A stretch of 41,723 bases of DNA, taken from positions 1 to 41,723 of the forward strand of contig LBUD01000001.1 of assembly GCA_000992395.1 (NCBI GenBank), written 5' to 3'. The stretch is from Parcubacteria group bacterium GW2011_GWA2_38_13 (GTDB taxonomy: Bacteria > Patescibacteriota > Patescibacteriia > Buchananbacterales > GWA2-38-13). Positions within the stretch are counted from its first letter, which is position 1; each line of letters begins with the position of its first letter. Shown piece after piece: positions 9,217 through 18,299 of this stretch. Below the pieces are notes generated by a model that did no database searches, had not been told where the DNA came from, and saw nothing but the letters and a program-made list of their open reading frames with translations. The translations under genes and the position numbers were made by a program.

Positions 9217-9851
9217 AGCAAAAACATGTTACAATTATCGATTATGGCGTAGGCAATCTCCACAGTATTGTCAAGGCGGTCGGGAATTTTACCGAAAAAG
9301 TTTTTGTCAGTGAAGATCCGCAGGCTATTGAATCGGCTGATGCGATTATTTTGCCCGGAGTAGGATCATTCCAGTCGGGCATGGAAGGGTTGAATGTCCG
9401 GAATCTGGTTCCAAGCGTAAAAAAATATGTTGCCAGCGGAAAGCCAATGCTGGGAATTTGTCTCGGAGCGCAAATCATGCTTGGCAAAGGATTTGAATTC
9501 GGCGAATTTGACGGGCTCAATATTATACACGGCAAGGTAATTAAATTTCCCGTTCTTGAAAATAATGAAAAAATCCCGCATGTCGGCTGGAATTCTATTT
9601 ATCCTAACGCAGATAAAATATGGAACGATTCCATATTAAAAAACCTTGATCCCCTGTCAAGCGTCTATTTTGTCCATTCGTATATTCTGGTTCCGGAAAA
9701 TAACAAAAACATTTTTGCCAAAACAAAATATGGCGGTTATGAATTTTGTTCCGTAATCAGATCCGGCAACATATACGGATGCCAATTCCATCCTGAGAAA
9801 AGCGGAAAAATCGGCCTTGAAATTATTAAAAATTTTCTTGAACTTATTTAA
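9210..9851 (+). CDS. hisH: HisH-like glutamine amidotransferase subunit
   Basis: Class I GATase triad motifs GICLGAQIM, HVGWNS, QFHPEKSG. Overlaps the hisF-like gene by 7 nt. Confidence 0.85.
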   Translation: MLKQKHVTIIDYGVGNLHSIVKAVGNFTEKVFVSEDPQAIESADAIILPGVGSFQSGMEGLNVRNLVPSVKKYVASGKPMLGICLGAQIMLGKGFEFGEFDGLNIIHGKVIKFPVLENNEKIPHVGWNSIYPNADKIWNDSILKNLDPLSSVYFVHSYILVPENNKNIFAKTKYGGYEFCSVIRSGNIYGCQFHPEKSGKIGLEIIKNFLELI

Positions 9852-9855
9852 CCAT

Positions 9856-11067
9856 ATGGATCAAAAATACGGAAAATACGGGCTCCCAACGGAAGTGCAA
9901 TTTTGCAAAAAATGCGTGATTTCCAATCAACGCCCCAATTCTGCCGTGGAAATAAAAAATACCAAGGATACCAAAAAAGAAACAATCAACTTTGACTCCG
10001 AGGGTATCTGCGATGCTTGCCGTTTTGCCGAATATAAAAATAATACGATAGATTGGGAGAAACGGGAAAAAGAGCTTATGGCGCTTTGTGATAAATTTCG
10101 CAGCAAGGATGGTTCTTATGACTGTATTATCCCGGGATCCGGCGGCAAGGATAGCGGTTATGTATCCCATGTCTTAAAATATAAATATGGCATGAACCCC
10201 TTGACGATCACATGGGCTCCGCACCTTTATACAGATATTGGATGGAAAAATATGACAAATTGGATTCATAAAGGAGGATTTGACAATATTTTATTTACTC
10301 CCAATGGCAGAGTCCATCAACTTCTCACGAAAATCGCTTTTGAAAATCTCCTGCATCCTTTCCAGCCTTTTATGATAGGTCAAAGAGGAATAGGCCCTAA
10401 ATTTGCCGCACTGTATAAAATACCACTGGTATTCTATGGGGAAAACCAAGCAGAATACGGCAATAAAATTGAAGAAAATGATAGTCCAACAATGCAACAT
10501 AAATTTTTTGCCGAAGATTCTGGCTTAGATAATTTATATTTAAGTGGCGTCTTCGCGAAGGAAATTATATCTACATACAGCATAACGACTAAAGATCTTA
10601 ATCCTTATTTGCCTATAACCCGATCGGCCATAGAACGCAACGGAATAGAAGTGCATTATATTAGCTATTATTTAAAATGGGATCCACAAGAAAATTTCTA
10701 CTACTCGTCAAAAAATAACAGTTTTCAGGCCAATGACGAAAGAACCGAGGGTAGCTATTCAAAGTATGCCAGTATTGATGATAAAATCGATAACTTCCAT
10801 CATTATACGTATCTCATTAAATTCGGCATGGGACGAGCTACATTTGATGCCTCTCAAGAGATCAGAAACCACAAAATAACTCGCGAAGAAGGGGTGGCGC
10901 TTGTGAAAAGATTTGACCAAGAATTTCCGAAAAAATATTTTAAAGAGTATCTTGAATATATAGATATATCCGAGGAAAAATTTTGGCAACTTATAGATGC
11001 CGCGCGCCCCGGCCATCTATGGAGAAAAAATAATGGGTCGTGGGAATTAATTCATCAAGTAAATTAA
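9856..11067 (+). CDS. N-acetyl sugar amidotransferase (PP-loop ATPase; PseA/WbpG-like)
   Basis: ATG at 9856. N-terminal Zn-ribbon (FCKKCV...CDACRF). PP-loop IIPGSGGKDSGYV. Sits directly after the HisF/HisH pair, as in known acetamidino-sugar loci. Confidence 0.85.
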   Translation: MDQKYGKYGLPTEVQFCKKCVISNQRPNSAVEIKNTKDTKKETINFDSEGICDACRFAEYKNNTIDWEKREKELMALCDKFRSKDGSYDCIIPGSGGKDSGYVSHVLKYKYGMNPLTITWAPHLYTDIGWKNMTNWIHKGGFDNILFTPNGRVHQLLTKIAFENLLHPFQPFMIGQRGIGPKFAALYKIPLVFYGENQAEYGNKIEENDSPTMQHKFFAEDSGLDNLYLSGVFAKEIISTYSITTKDLNPYLPITRSAIERNGIEVHYISYYLKWDPQENFYYSSKNNSFQANDERTEGSYSKYASIDDKIDNFHHYTYLIKFGMGRATFDASQEIRNHKITREEGVALVKRFDQEFPKKYFKEYLEYIDISEEKFWQLIDAARPGHLWRKNNGSWELIHQVN

Positions 11068-11069
11068 AT

Positions 11070-12113
11070 ATGGCAAAACCACATATACAAATTAAAGATA
11101 GAAAAATAGGTTTGGATTATCCGCCACTTGTAATTGCTGAAGTGGGAATAAACCATGAAGGTGATATTCACAAGGCTAAAAAAATGATAATGGATGCGCA
11201 TGCGAGTGGCGCAGAGTGCGTTAAATTCCAAATACACGTTATTGAAGACGAAATGATACCTCTTGCGAAAAAAGTCGTCCCGGGGCACACAAAGGAATCC
11301 ATATGGGAGATAATGGAACGGTGCGCGCTTACAGAGCCAGAAGACAGAGAATTAAAATCGCTTGTGGAAAGCCTTGGTATGATATATCTTTCAACACCGT
11401 TTTCTAGAGCCGCGGCAGACAGGCTTCGCTCAATGGATGTTTTGGCATATAAAATCGGCTCGGGTGAATGTAATAATTATCCGCTCATAGAACATATAGC
11501 ATCATTTAAAAAGCCCGTGATAATGAGCACGGGGATGAATGATGTGCAATCCATAAAAATTGGAGTTGATATTTTAGAAAAAAATAATATACCTTATGCA
11601 ATCCTTCATTGCACCTCATTGTACCCCACCACGTACGACAAGGTTCGGCTTGGAGCACTTCTGGAAATGAAAGAAGCATTTCCGTCTGCAGTTTTAGGGC
11701 TTAGTGACCATTCGCTTGGCAATTATACATGCTTTGGCGCAGTAAGCCTAGGAGCGTCTATTCTTGAAAAACATTTCACGTCCGATAAGTCATGGCCGGG
11801 TCCGGATGTTTCCATTTCCATTGATCCGAAAGAGCTTAGTGAATTGATCGTTGGTTCAAAAGCAATATATTCAGCTCTTGGCGGCAGTAAAAATATTTTA
11901 CCCGAGGAAAAGCCAACGATTGATTTTGCCTATGCCTGTGTTGTTACGATAAAAAATATACGCAAAGGAGAAAAATTCACACGCGACAATATCTGGGTGA
12001 AAAGGCCAGGAACGGGCGAAATCAAAGCGGTGGAATTCAATTCTGTTCTAGGAAAAAAGGCTTTAAACGATATTTCTGAAAATTCTCAACTAACATATAA
12101 AGATATGATATAA
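11070..12113 (+). CDS. neuB: NeuB-family nonulosonic acid synthase, copy 1 (with C-terminal SAF domain)
   Basis: VIAEVGINHEGD, STPFS, HCTSLYPT, LGLSDHSLG, EKHFT; C-terminal IKKGEKFT...VKRPGTG. ATG at 11070 (MAKPHIQIKDRKIG). Confidence 0.85.
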   Translation: MAKPHIQIKDRKIGLDYPPLVIAEVGINHEGDIHKAKKMIMDAHASGAECVKFQIHVIEDEMIPLAKKVVPGHTKESIWEIMERCALTEPEDRELKSLVESLGMIYLSTPFSRAAADRLRSMDVLAYKIGSGECNNYPLIEHIASFKKPVIMSTGMNDVQSIKIGVDILEKNNIPYAILHCTSLYPTTYDKVRLGALLEMKEAFPSAVLGLSDHSLGNYTCFGAVSLGASILEKHFTSDKSWPGPDVSISIDPKELSELIVGSKAIYSALGGSKNILPEEKPTIDFAYACVVTIKNIRKGEKFTRDNIWVKRPGTGEIKAVEFNSVLGKKALNDISENSQLTYKDMI

Positions 12114-12117
12114 AAAT

Positions 12118-13272
12118 ATGGCAAAAAAAAGAAAAATTTTATTTATTACCGAGCGCCGGGCGGATTATAGCCGCATTAAACCCATAATGAAAGCTGTCCA
12201 AGAAAGTAAAAAATTACAGCTCCAATTAGTAGCAACGGGTATGCATTTACTAAAATATTTCGGCGAAACGAAAAAAGTAATACGTAAAGACGGTTTTACG
12301 GTAGATGCCACCATACCTATTTTTAATGAAAAGGATGGCAATGATGGTGCGTCTATGGTCAAGGCTATGGGCAGAGCGCTTGTGGGAATGGCCGATGTAT
12401 TAAAAAAACTCAAGCCAGATATAATTTTTGCCGGCTTTGATCTTGGAGCAAATTTTGCTGCCGCAATCGCCGGGATGCATATGAATATCCATGTCTCTCA
12501 CATACAGGGGGGCGAGGTCAGTGGTACTGTTGACGAAGTTATCCGGCACGCCATTACAAAATTTTCACATATACATTTTGCGGCTACGGAAAAAAGCAAA
12601 AAAAGAATTATTCGGCTCGGTGAAGATCCAAAATACGTCTTCAACGTCGGCAGTCCGAGCCTAGACACGATTCTAAAAACTCCGCAAGTATCAAAAAAAA
12701 TTATTTTTAAGAAATATTCTCTTGATCCCAAGAAAAAAACTATAATTCTAATACAGCATCCTGTTACAACCGAAGTTAATGACGTTGAAAAACAAATTTC
12801 TATTACCATTAAAGCTATAAAAAAAGTTATAAAAAAACACAATATGCAAGCGCTTGCGATATATTCAAATAATGATGCCGGAGGAAAAAAAATAGTTAAA
12901 AGATTATGCTCTTCTGGAATAAGAGTACTGCCACATATTATTTTTGAAGATTTTCTAAAAATTTTAAAAAATTCAGACGTATTGGTCGGAAACTCCAGTT
13001 CAGGCATTCATGAAGCTCCCTCATTCGGACTGCCGACAGTAAACATCGGCACAAGGCAGCAGCTTCGCGAGCGCGGAGTAAACGTAATTGATACTGATCA
13101 TGATGTTCAAAATATCATCAAATGCATAGAAAAATCCTTGTTTGATAAAAAATTCATTACAAAAGTTAAAATGGGGAAAAACCCATATTATAACGGGAAC
13201 ACGTCGAAAAAAGTTGTTAAAATCTTGGAAAATCTTAAATTCCCGTCTATACAAAAAGTTATCACCTATTAA
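12118..13272 (+). CDS. neuC: UDP-N-acetylhexosamine 2-epimerase (hydrolysing), copy 1
   Basis: HIQGGEVSGTVDEVIRHAITKFSHIHFA and GNSSSGIHEAPSFGLPTVNIG, characteristic of NeuC/LegG/PseG-like hydrolysing epimerases. Confidence 0.85.
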   Translation: MAKKRKILFITERRADYSRIKPIMKAVQESKKLQLQLVATGMHLLKYFGETKKVIRKDGFTVDATIPIFNEKDGNDGASMVKAMGRALVGMADVLKKLKPDIIFAGFDLGANFAAAIAGMHMNIHVSHIQGGEVSGTVDEVIRHAITKFSHIHFAATEKSKKRIIRLGEDPKYVFNVGSPSLDTILKTPQVSKKIIFKKYSLDPKKKTIILIQHPVTTEVNDVEKQISITIKAIKKVIKKHNMQALAIYSNNDAGGKKIVKRLCSSGIRVLPHIIFEDFLKILKNSDVLVGNSSSGIHEAPSFGLPTVNIGTRQQLRERGVNVIDTDHDVQNIIKCIEKSLFDKKFITKVKMGKNPYYNGNTSKKVVKILENLKFPSIQKVITY

Positions 13273-13274
13273 AT

Positions 13275-14135
13275 ATGAAAACCATACTTATTATCGGGGG
13301 CACTGGTTATATTGGAGAGTATGTTACCAATTTCTTGAAAAAACATAAAGGGTTAGATCTTATCGTTATTCATAAATCCGAGCCGGTACACAATAAAGTG
13401 CGGGGTGTCCATTATTATAAGCTCAACCTTTCAGAAAAGAAGCTGAAGCTTCCTCCTAAGCTTGCTCAATTTGATGCCATAATCATATTAACCAAATCGG
13501 ATAAAAGCATTATGAATAACATTTGCCGGGTCATCCTGCCACAAGCAAAAAAAATAATTTTTGCCTCATCAATACTTGTTTATCCTTCACGTAGAGGAAA
13601 AATAACCGAAAAAGTCTCACCAAAACCAGTGACTGTATACGAAAAAAACAAAATCTTCGAGGAAAATATTCTTGCGCGATACGCCAAAAAAAACAGAATA
13701 CCCCTCATTGTTGCCCGGCTTGCCAATGTGTATGGCGATATAAAAAATAAGGGCGTTGTTTCAAAAATATTTGAAACGATGCAAAAAAATCAAGAATTTA
13801 AAATGAATAGATTCGGCAACAAAAAAAAGGATTACATTTTTATTGAAGATGCGGCAGAATTTTTATGTCGCTTGGTTTTAATAATACCGCGATCAAAAAA
13901 AGAAATATACAACGTTTGTACGGGAAAAGGTTACTCTATGCTGGAACTTATATCTTTGATTGAAAAAATAATAGAAAAAAAATTGGCGTATACTTTCTAC
14001 GACGGCAAGAAGAACAAGCAATTTATCGTCGGAGAAAATAAAAAAATCGTAGAAACGACGGGTTATCATCCCCATGATATCATGTCGGGTCTTAAAAAGA
14101 CATATAATAACTTCGCATCTAAAAATTTTTCTTAA
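13275..14135 (+). CDS. NAD(P)-dependent epimerase/dehydratase-family SDR (candidate 4-ketoreductase)
   Basis: ILIIGGTGYIGEYV glycine-rich loop; YxxxK (VYEKNK). 286 aa. Confidence 0.75.
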   Translation: MKTILIIGGTGYIGEYVTNFLKKHKGLDLIVIHKSEPVHNKVRGVHYYKLNLSEKKLKLPPKLAQFDAIIILTKSDKSIMNNICRVILPQAKKIIFASSILVYPSRRGKITEKVSPKPVTVYEKNKIFEENILARYAKKNRIPLIVARLANVYGDIKNKGVVSKIFETMQKNQEFKMNRFGNKKKDYIFIEDAAEFLCRLVLIIPRSKKEIYNVCTGKGYSMLELISLIEKIIEKKLAYTFYDGKKNKQFIVGENKKIVETTGYHPHDIMSGLKKTYNNFASKNFS

Positions 14136-14148
14136 TTCATTACTTTCT

Positions 14149-15159
14149 ATGGACAATATTTTCAAAGATAAAACAATACTCGTCACCGGAGGCACGGGGA
14201 GCATTGGCTCCGAACTCGTTGCCCAGCTTCTTGCCTATGAACCAAAACAAATACGAATATTTTCTCGTGATGAAAGCAAGCAATATTATCTTTTAGAAAA
14301 GTTGAACCATCCGAAAAATATCCGTCTCTTGATTGGTGACGTTCGGGATAAAGAAAGACTCTCTATAGCCTTTAAAAATGTCAACTATGTTTTTCACGCA
14401 GCCGCCATGAAACACGTCCCGCTCTGCGAGTATAATCCCGTAGAAGCTGTAAAAACAAATATTCTTGGTTCACAGAATGTTATTGATGTAGCTATTGAAA
14501 ACAATGTAGAAAAGGTTATAGCTATATCTACGGATAAGGCTGTAAAACCCTCAAATGTGCTAGGCACAACAAAATTGATGATGGAAAAACTTTTCGTAAA
14601 CGAAAGTTATTATACATCGAATAACCGTACAAAACTATCCTGTGTAAGATTTGGAAACGTTCTTTGGTCAAGAGGATCGGTTTTGCACCTTTGGAAAAAT
14701 CAAGCCGAAAAAGATAGTTCAATAAAACTAACAAATGGGGAAATGACCAGATTTTTTATGTCTCAGGCGCAAGCGGTCGGGCTTATTCTAAAAGCCACCC
14801 AGTATACGCAAGGCGGGGAAATATTTATTCTAAAAATGCCTGCTATTCAATTATCGTATCTGGCAGAAATTTTTATTAAAAAATATTTTCCAGATAAAAA
14901 AATGGAGATAAAAATAATCGGATGCAGAGAAGGAGAGAAAGAACACGAAGAACTGGTGGACTGCAATGATACAAATAAATATATTTATGAGAACGAAGAA
15001 TTATACATCATAGTTCCATCCAATATTGAAGTGTACAACGCTCCATTTGGCGCAGAAGAAAATTTCTATTTTAAGCATGGTTTTAAAAAGATTGATATAA
15101 TTGAAAAATTCTGTTCTCTGGATAATATCAATCACGAACTGATACGAGAAATTATATAA
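14149..15159 (+). CDS. UDP-N-acetylglucosamine 4,6-dehydratase (CapD/PseB/FlaA1-like)
   Basis: ATG at 14149 (MDNIFKDKTILVTGGTGSIGSEL). FHAAAMKHVPLCEYNPVEAVKTNILGSQNVI matches the PseB/FlaA1 signature region. Confidence 0.8.
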   Translation: MDNIFKDKTILVTGGTGSIGSELVAQLLAYEPKQIRIFSRDESKQYYLLEKLNHPKNIRLLIGDVRDKERLSIAFKNVNYVFHAAAMKHVPLCEYNPVEAVKTNILGSQNVIDVAIENNVEKVIAISTDKAVKPSNVLGTTKLMMEKLFVNESYYTSNNRTKLSCVRFGNVLWSRGSVLHLWKNQAEKDSSIKLTNGEMTRFFMSQAQAVGLILKATQYTQGGEIFILKMPAIQLSYLAEIFIKKYFPDKKMEIKIIGCREGEKEHEELVDCNDTNKYIYENEELYIIVPSNIEVYNAPFGAEENFYFKHGFKKIDIIEKFCSLDNINHELIREII

Positions 15160-15169
15160 TAAATATTTT

Positions 15170-16621
15170 ATGGTTTTGAATGAAACGACAAGCAATAAAA
15201 AAGTTAAAGGGCGCGTGCTCTTCATTTATCCCAACTGTGAGGGGTATGGAGGGCTGCCCAATAGCCTCGCCATACTTTCAGGATGTTTGAAAGGCGCTGG
15301 CTTCGAAACTCGCTGTTTTGACACAACGTTTTTGAAATCCCCCCCTCTTTCGCATTTTTACAGGAAAAAGCATGGGGGATTTATGGACGCCGACCATACC
15401 AAAGTCTGGGGCGAATGGACTCCGGAACTCGCCAAGCAAATCCCGTCCATGTTTGAAAAGACCATAGAAGAATTCAAGCCCAATCTCATTGCCATAAATA
15501 TCGCCGATGTAACCTACCATTATGCCCTGGCGCTTCTTAAGGATATCAATAAAAAATACGGCGTACCCGTAATTGCCGGGGGGCCCACACCGACGCTTTC
15601 TCCAGATTTATTTGAAAGCGCCGATTGCATTGACATGCTGTGCATCGGCGAAGGCGAAGAAGCACTTGTTGAATTAGCCGAGGCGATTGTTGAAAAACGC
15701 GACTACGGCAACATTAAAAATCTCTGGGTGAAAAAAGATAGAAATTTTATTAAAAATACACCTCGCCCCCTCAAAAACTTAGACACTATCCCCTTCCAAG
15801 ACTGGTCAATTTTCGACGAGAGGCATTACTATAAGCCGTATTGCGGTAAATTCTGGAGGACGGGATTTTTTGAGACATCGCGAGGATGCCCCTTCAATTG
15901 CACCTACTGCTGCACGGCGAATCTGCGACAAACGTATCACGGGCTTGGCCAATTTTTACGCTTCCGCAACATTGATAAAGCCCTTGATGAGATCTGCGCC
16001 ATTAAAGACCAGTACAAACTTGAATTAATTTTTTTCATTGACGACAATTTCTTGGGCATACCGCCAGAACGCTTCGATTACTTTTGCGAGCAATATAAAA
16101 AACGGGTGAATCTTCCTTATTACATACAAACCCGCGCTGAAACTGTAAGAGAAGACTTTGTCAAGATGCTTCTGAAAACCAATGTTTCCACTATTGCCCT
16201 GGGCATTGAAAACGGCAATGAAGAATATCGCCGTAAATACATGAACCGTTTCATGTCAAACGAAGCCATTGTCAAAGCTTTCAAAATCATCAATAAATAC
16301 AAAATCCGCACCACGGCCAATGTCATAATAGGCATGCCTTACGAGGAAGAAAAACATTTTTATGACACGGTCCGGCTCATACAAAAGGCAAAACCATCGA
16401 GCTATTCCATCAACTATTTCCAGCCATACCGAGGAACAAAGATGCGAGAAGAAGCGGTGCGCCTCGGCTTTATTCCCAAAGAACATATTATCAGTGAATC
16501 TAACACTTGCCTAGACATGCCCCAATTTCCAAAAGATAGAATAATGCATTGCTACGAAAATTTTAAAAAATATGTAGAGAATAAAATTCCTATACCAATA
16601 CAATATGAGAAATATTCTTAA
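15170..16621 (+). CDS. Cobalamin-binding (class B) radical SAM enzyme
   Basis: VIAGGPTPTLSP...CIGEGE B12-domain-like segment; SRGCPFNCTYC cluster motif. 483 aa. Confidence 0.85.
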   Translation: MVLNETTSNKKVKGRVLFIYPNCEGYGGLPNSLAILSGCLKGAGFETRCFDTTFLKSPPLSHFYRKKHGGFMDADHTKVWGEWTPELAKQIPSMFEKTIEEFKPNLIAINIADVTYHYALALLKDINKKYGVPVIAGGPTPTLSPDLFESADCIDMLCIGEGEEALVELAEAIVEKRDYGNIKNLWVKKDRNFIKNTPRPLKNLDTIPFQDWSIFDERHYYKPYCGKFWRTGFFETSRGCPFNCTYCCTANLRQTYHGLGQFLRFRNIDKALDEICAIKDQYKLELIFFIDDNFLGIPPERFDYFCEQYKKRVNLPYYIQTRAETVREDFVKMLLKTNVSTIALGIENGNEEYRRKYMNRFMSNEAIVKAFKIINKYKIRTTANVIIGMPYEEEKHFYDTVRLIQKAKPSSYSINYFQPYRGTKMREEAVRLGFIPKEHIISESNTCLDMPQFPKDRIMHCYENFKKYVENKIPIPIQYEKYS

Positions 16622-17585
16622 AGAATACAAAATTTTCGACATTGACCCCAAAAGGCTACGGAGCAAAAAATTTTATAAAAACATGCTCGAGCTTCATGAA
16701 AAATTAATGGTAAAATTCAAGAGTGCGATAAAACCCAATGAACAATTCGTATGTCTTCTCTGCCAATCAGATCAAAAAAAATTATTTTTAGAGTATCGCG
16801 GTTACTCTCTATTTGAATGCAGCCGATGCGGGCTTGTTTCTCCGAATATTGATTTCCAAAAAGTCAAAGACCAGGATATTTATGAGGATGAGGCGTACTA
16901 TTTAGACACCAGGAGAGAAATACTTGATACTTATGAATACCGAAAGAATACATACGCGCCAGAGCGGCTCAAATATATCCTGGAAAAAACAAAGCTTGAT
17001 GTGAATCAAATTAATCTGCTTGATGTCGGTTGCGGTCCCGGATATTTTATTGAACATCTCAAAAGCATGGGCATCAAATACAAAGGACTCGAGCTTACCG
17101 ATTATTTGGTTACAATCTGCAATGAAAGAAGCCTCAGTGTTGCTAAAACCGAGCTGAAAGATGAGCCTGATGGCGCGTATAACGTTATTACGATGTATGA
17201 TGTCCTGGAGCATGTTTCAAACCCGCTAACCCTATTCCGCGACCTTCATAAAAAACTGGCAGACACGGGTTTCGTAGTAGCATACTCGCCCCACATACAC
17301 TCAATTGCTTTTTATCTATTGAAAGAAAAACAGAATACTCTTTACCCATTTCAACATATTGCCTTTTACGACGCTAAGTCGTTGCAATATGTAGCTGAAA
17401 AAACCGGCTTTAAGGTACATTCAATTAATTTTTTCGGTCTTGATGTCATAGATTATTTTTGCTACAGAATGTACGCAGATAATTGCGATTACCTGGAAAA
17501 ATTCAAAGAATTCATGCCCGTGATGCAGGCGATAATTGATAAGATGAATTTGAGCAATCATATAAGAGTAATTTTTAAAAAATAA
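16605..17585 (+). CDS. Class I SAM-dependent methyltransferase with N-terminal Zn-ribbon
   Basis: CLLCQS...CSRCGL zinc-ribbon-like pairs. SAM motif I LLDVGCGPGYF. ITMYDVLEHVSNP. Confidence 0.8.
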   Translation: MRNILKEYKIFDIDPKRLRSKKFYKNMLELHEKLMVKFKSAIKPNEQFVCLLCQSDQKKLFLEYRGYSLFECSRCGLVSPNIDFQKVKDQDIYEDEAYYLDTRREILDTYEYRKNTYAPERLKYILEKTKLDVNQINLLDVGCGPGYFIEHLKSMGIKYKGLELTDYLVTICNERSLSVAKTELKDEPDGAYNVITMYDVLEHVSNPLTLFRDLHKKLADTGFVVAYSPHIHSIAFYLLKEKQNTLYPFQHIAFYDAKSLQYVAEKTGFKVHSINFFGLDVIDYFCYRMYADNCDYLEKFKEFMPVMQAIIDKMNLSNHIRVIFKK

Positions 17586-17588
17586 ATT

Positions 17589-18299
17589 ATGTTTAACGAT
17601 AAAAAAATTCTAGCAATTATTCCAGCCAGAGGTGGCTCAAAGCGACTGCCAAGAAAAAATATCAGGCCTTTGGCCGGAAAGCCGTTATTGGCATATTCAA
17701 TTGAAGCCGCAAGGTCATCGCAATATATTGATCGTATCATAGTGTCAACAGAAGACATGGAAATTGCAAATATTGCAAAAAAATTTGGGGCTGACGTACC
17801 GGCTTTACGGCCCATGGAACTTGCCGAGGACGCCACAAAATCAGATGATGTCTTGAAATATACTGCTGAATATATGGAGTCAAAAGAAAATTATATACCT
17901 GATATCATCGTTTTAATCCAGCCCACAAGTCCACTTGTATCCGCTGAAGATATTGACAAAACTGTTGAAACGCTTATCGCAGGAAATTCTCATTCATCAT
18001 TGACTGTGTGTGAAATTACTGAAAGACCGGAATGGATGTATCGGCTTAATGGCAATGTTGCTTCTCCCTACATCCAGGGCGAAGTTCCCTATAGGCACCA
18101 AGACATGCAAAAACTGTATCGAACCAATGGCGCTGTTTATTGCGTCAAGCGTGAAATATTATTAAAAAAAGGAATACTCGTAGACAAAGAAAGTTTGCGG
18201 GTATATATAATGCCCAAAGAGAGATCTGTGGACATCGACGACATTAATGATTTCAACTATGCAGAAACGCTTATCGAAAACAATAAAAATACACAATAA
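17589..18299 (+). CDS. neuA: CMP-nonulosonic acid synthetase (acylneuraminate cytidylyltransferase family)
   Basis: N-terminal AIIPARGGSKRLPRKNI signature; QPTSPL; 236 aa. Confidence 0.85.
   Translation: MFNDKKILAIIPARGGSKRLPRKNIRPLAGKPLLAYSIEAARSSQYIDRIIVSTEDMEIANIAKKFGADVPALRPMELAEDATKSDDVLKYTAEYMESKENYIPDIIVLIQPTSPLVSAEDIDKTVETLIAGNSHSSLTVCEITERPEWMYRLNGNVASPYIQGEVPYRHQDMQKLYRTNGAVYCVKREILLKKGILVDKESLRVYIMPKERSVDIDDINDFNYAETLIENNKNTQ

Noticed and set aside
8452-9851. hisF/hisH as part of a histidine biosynthesis operon.
   Set aside because: No other his genes are present. The pair is fused into an operon with a PP-loop N-acetyl-sugar amidotransferase and NeuB/NeuC. This is the known arrangement for acetamidino-sugar formation.
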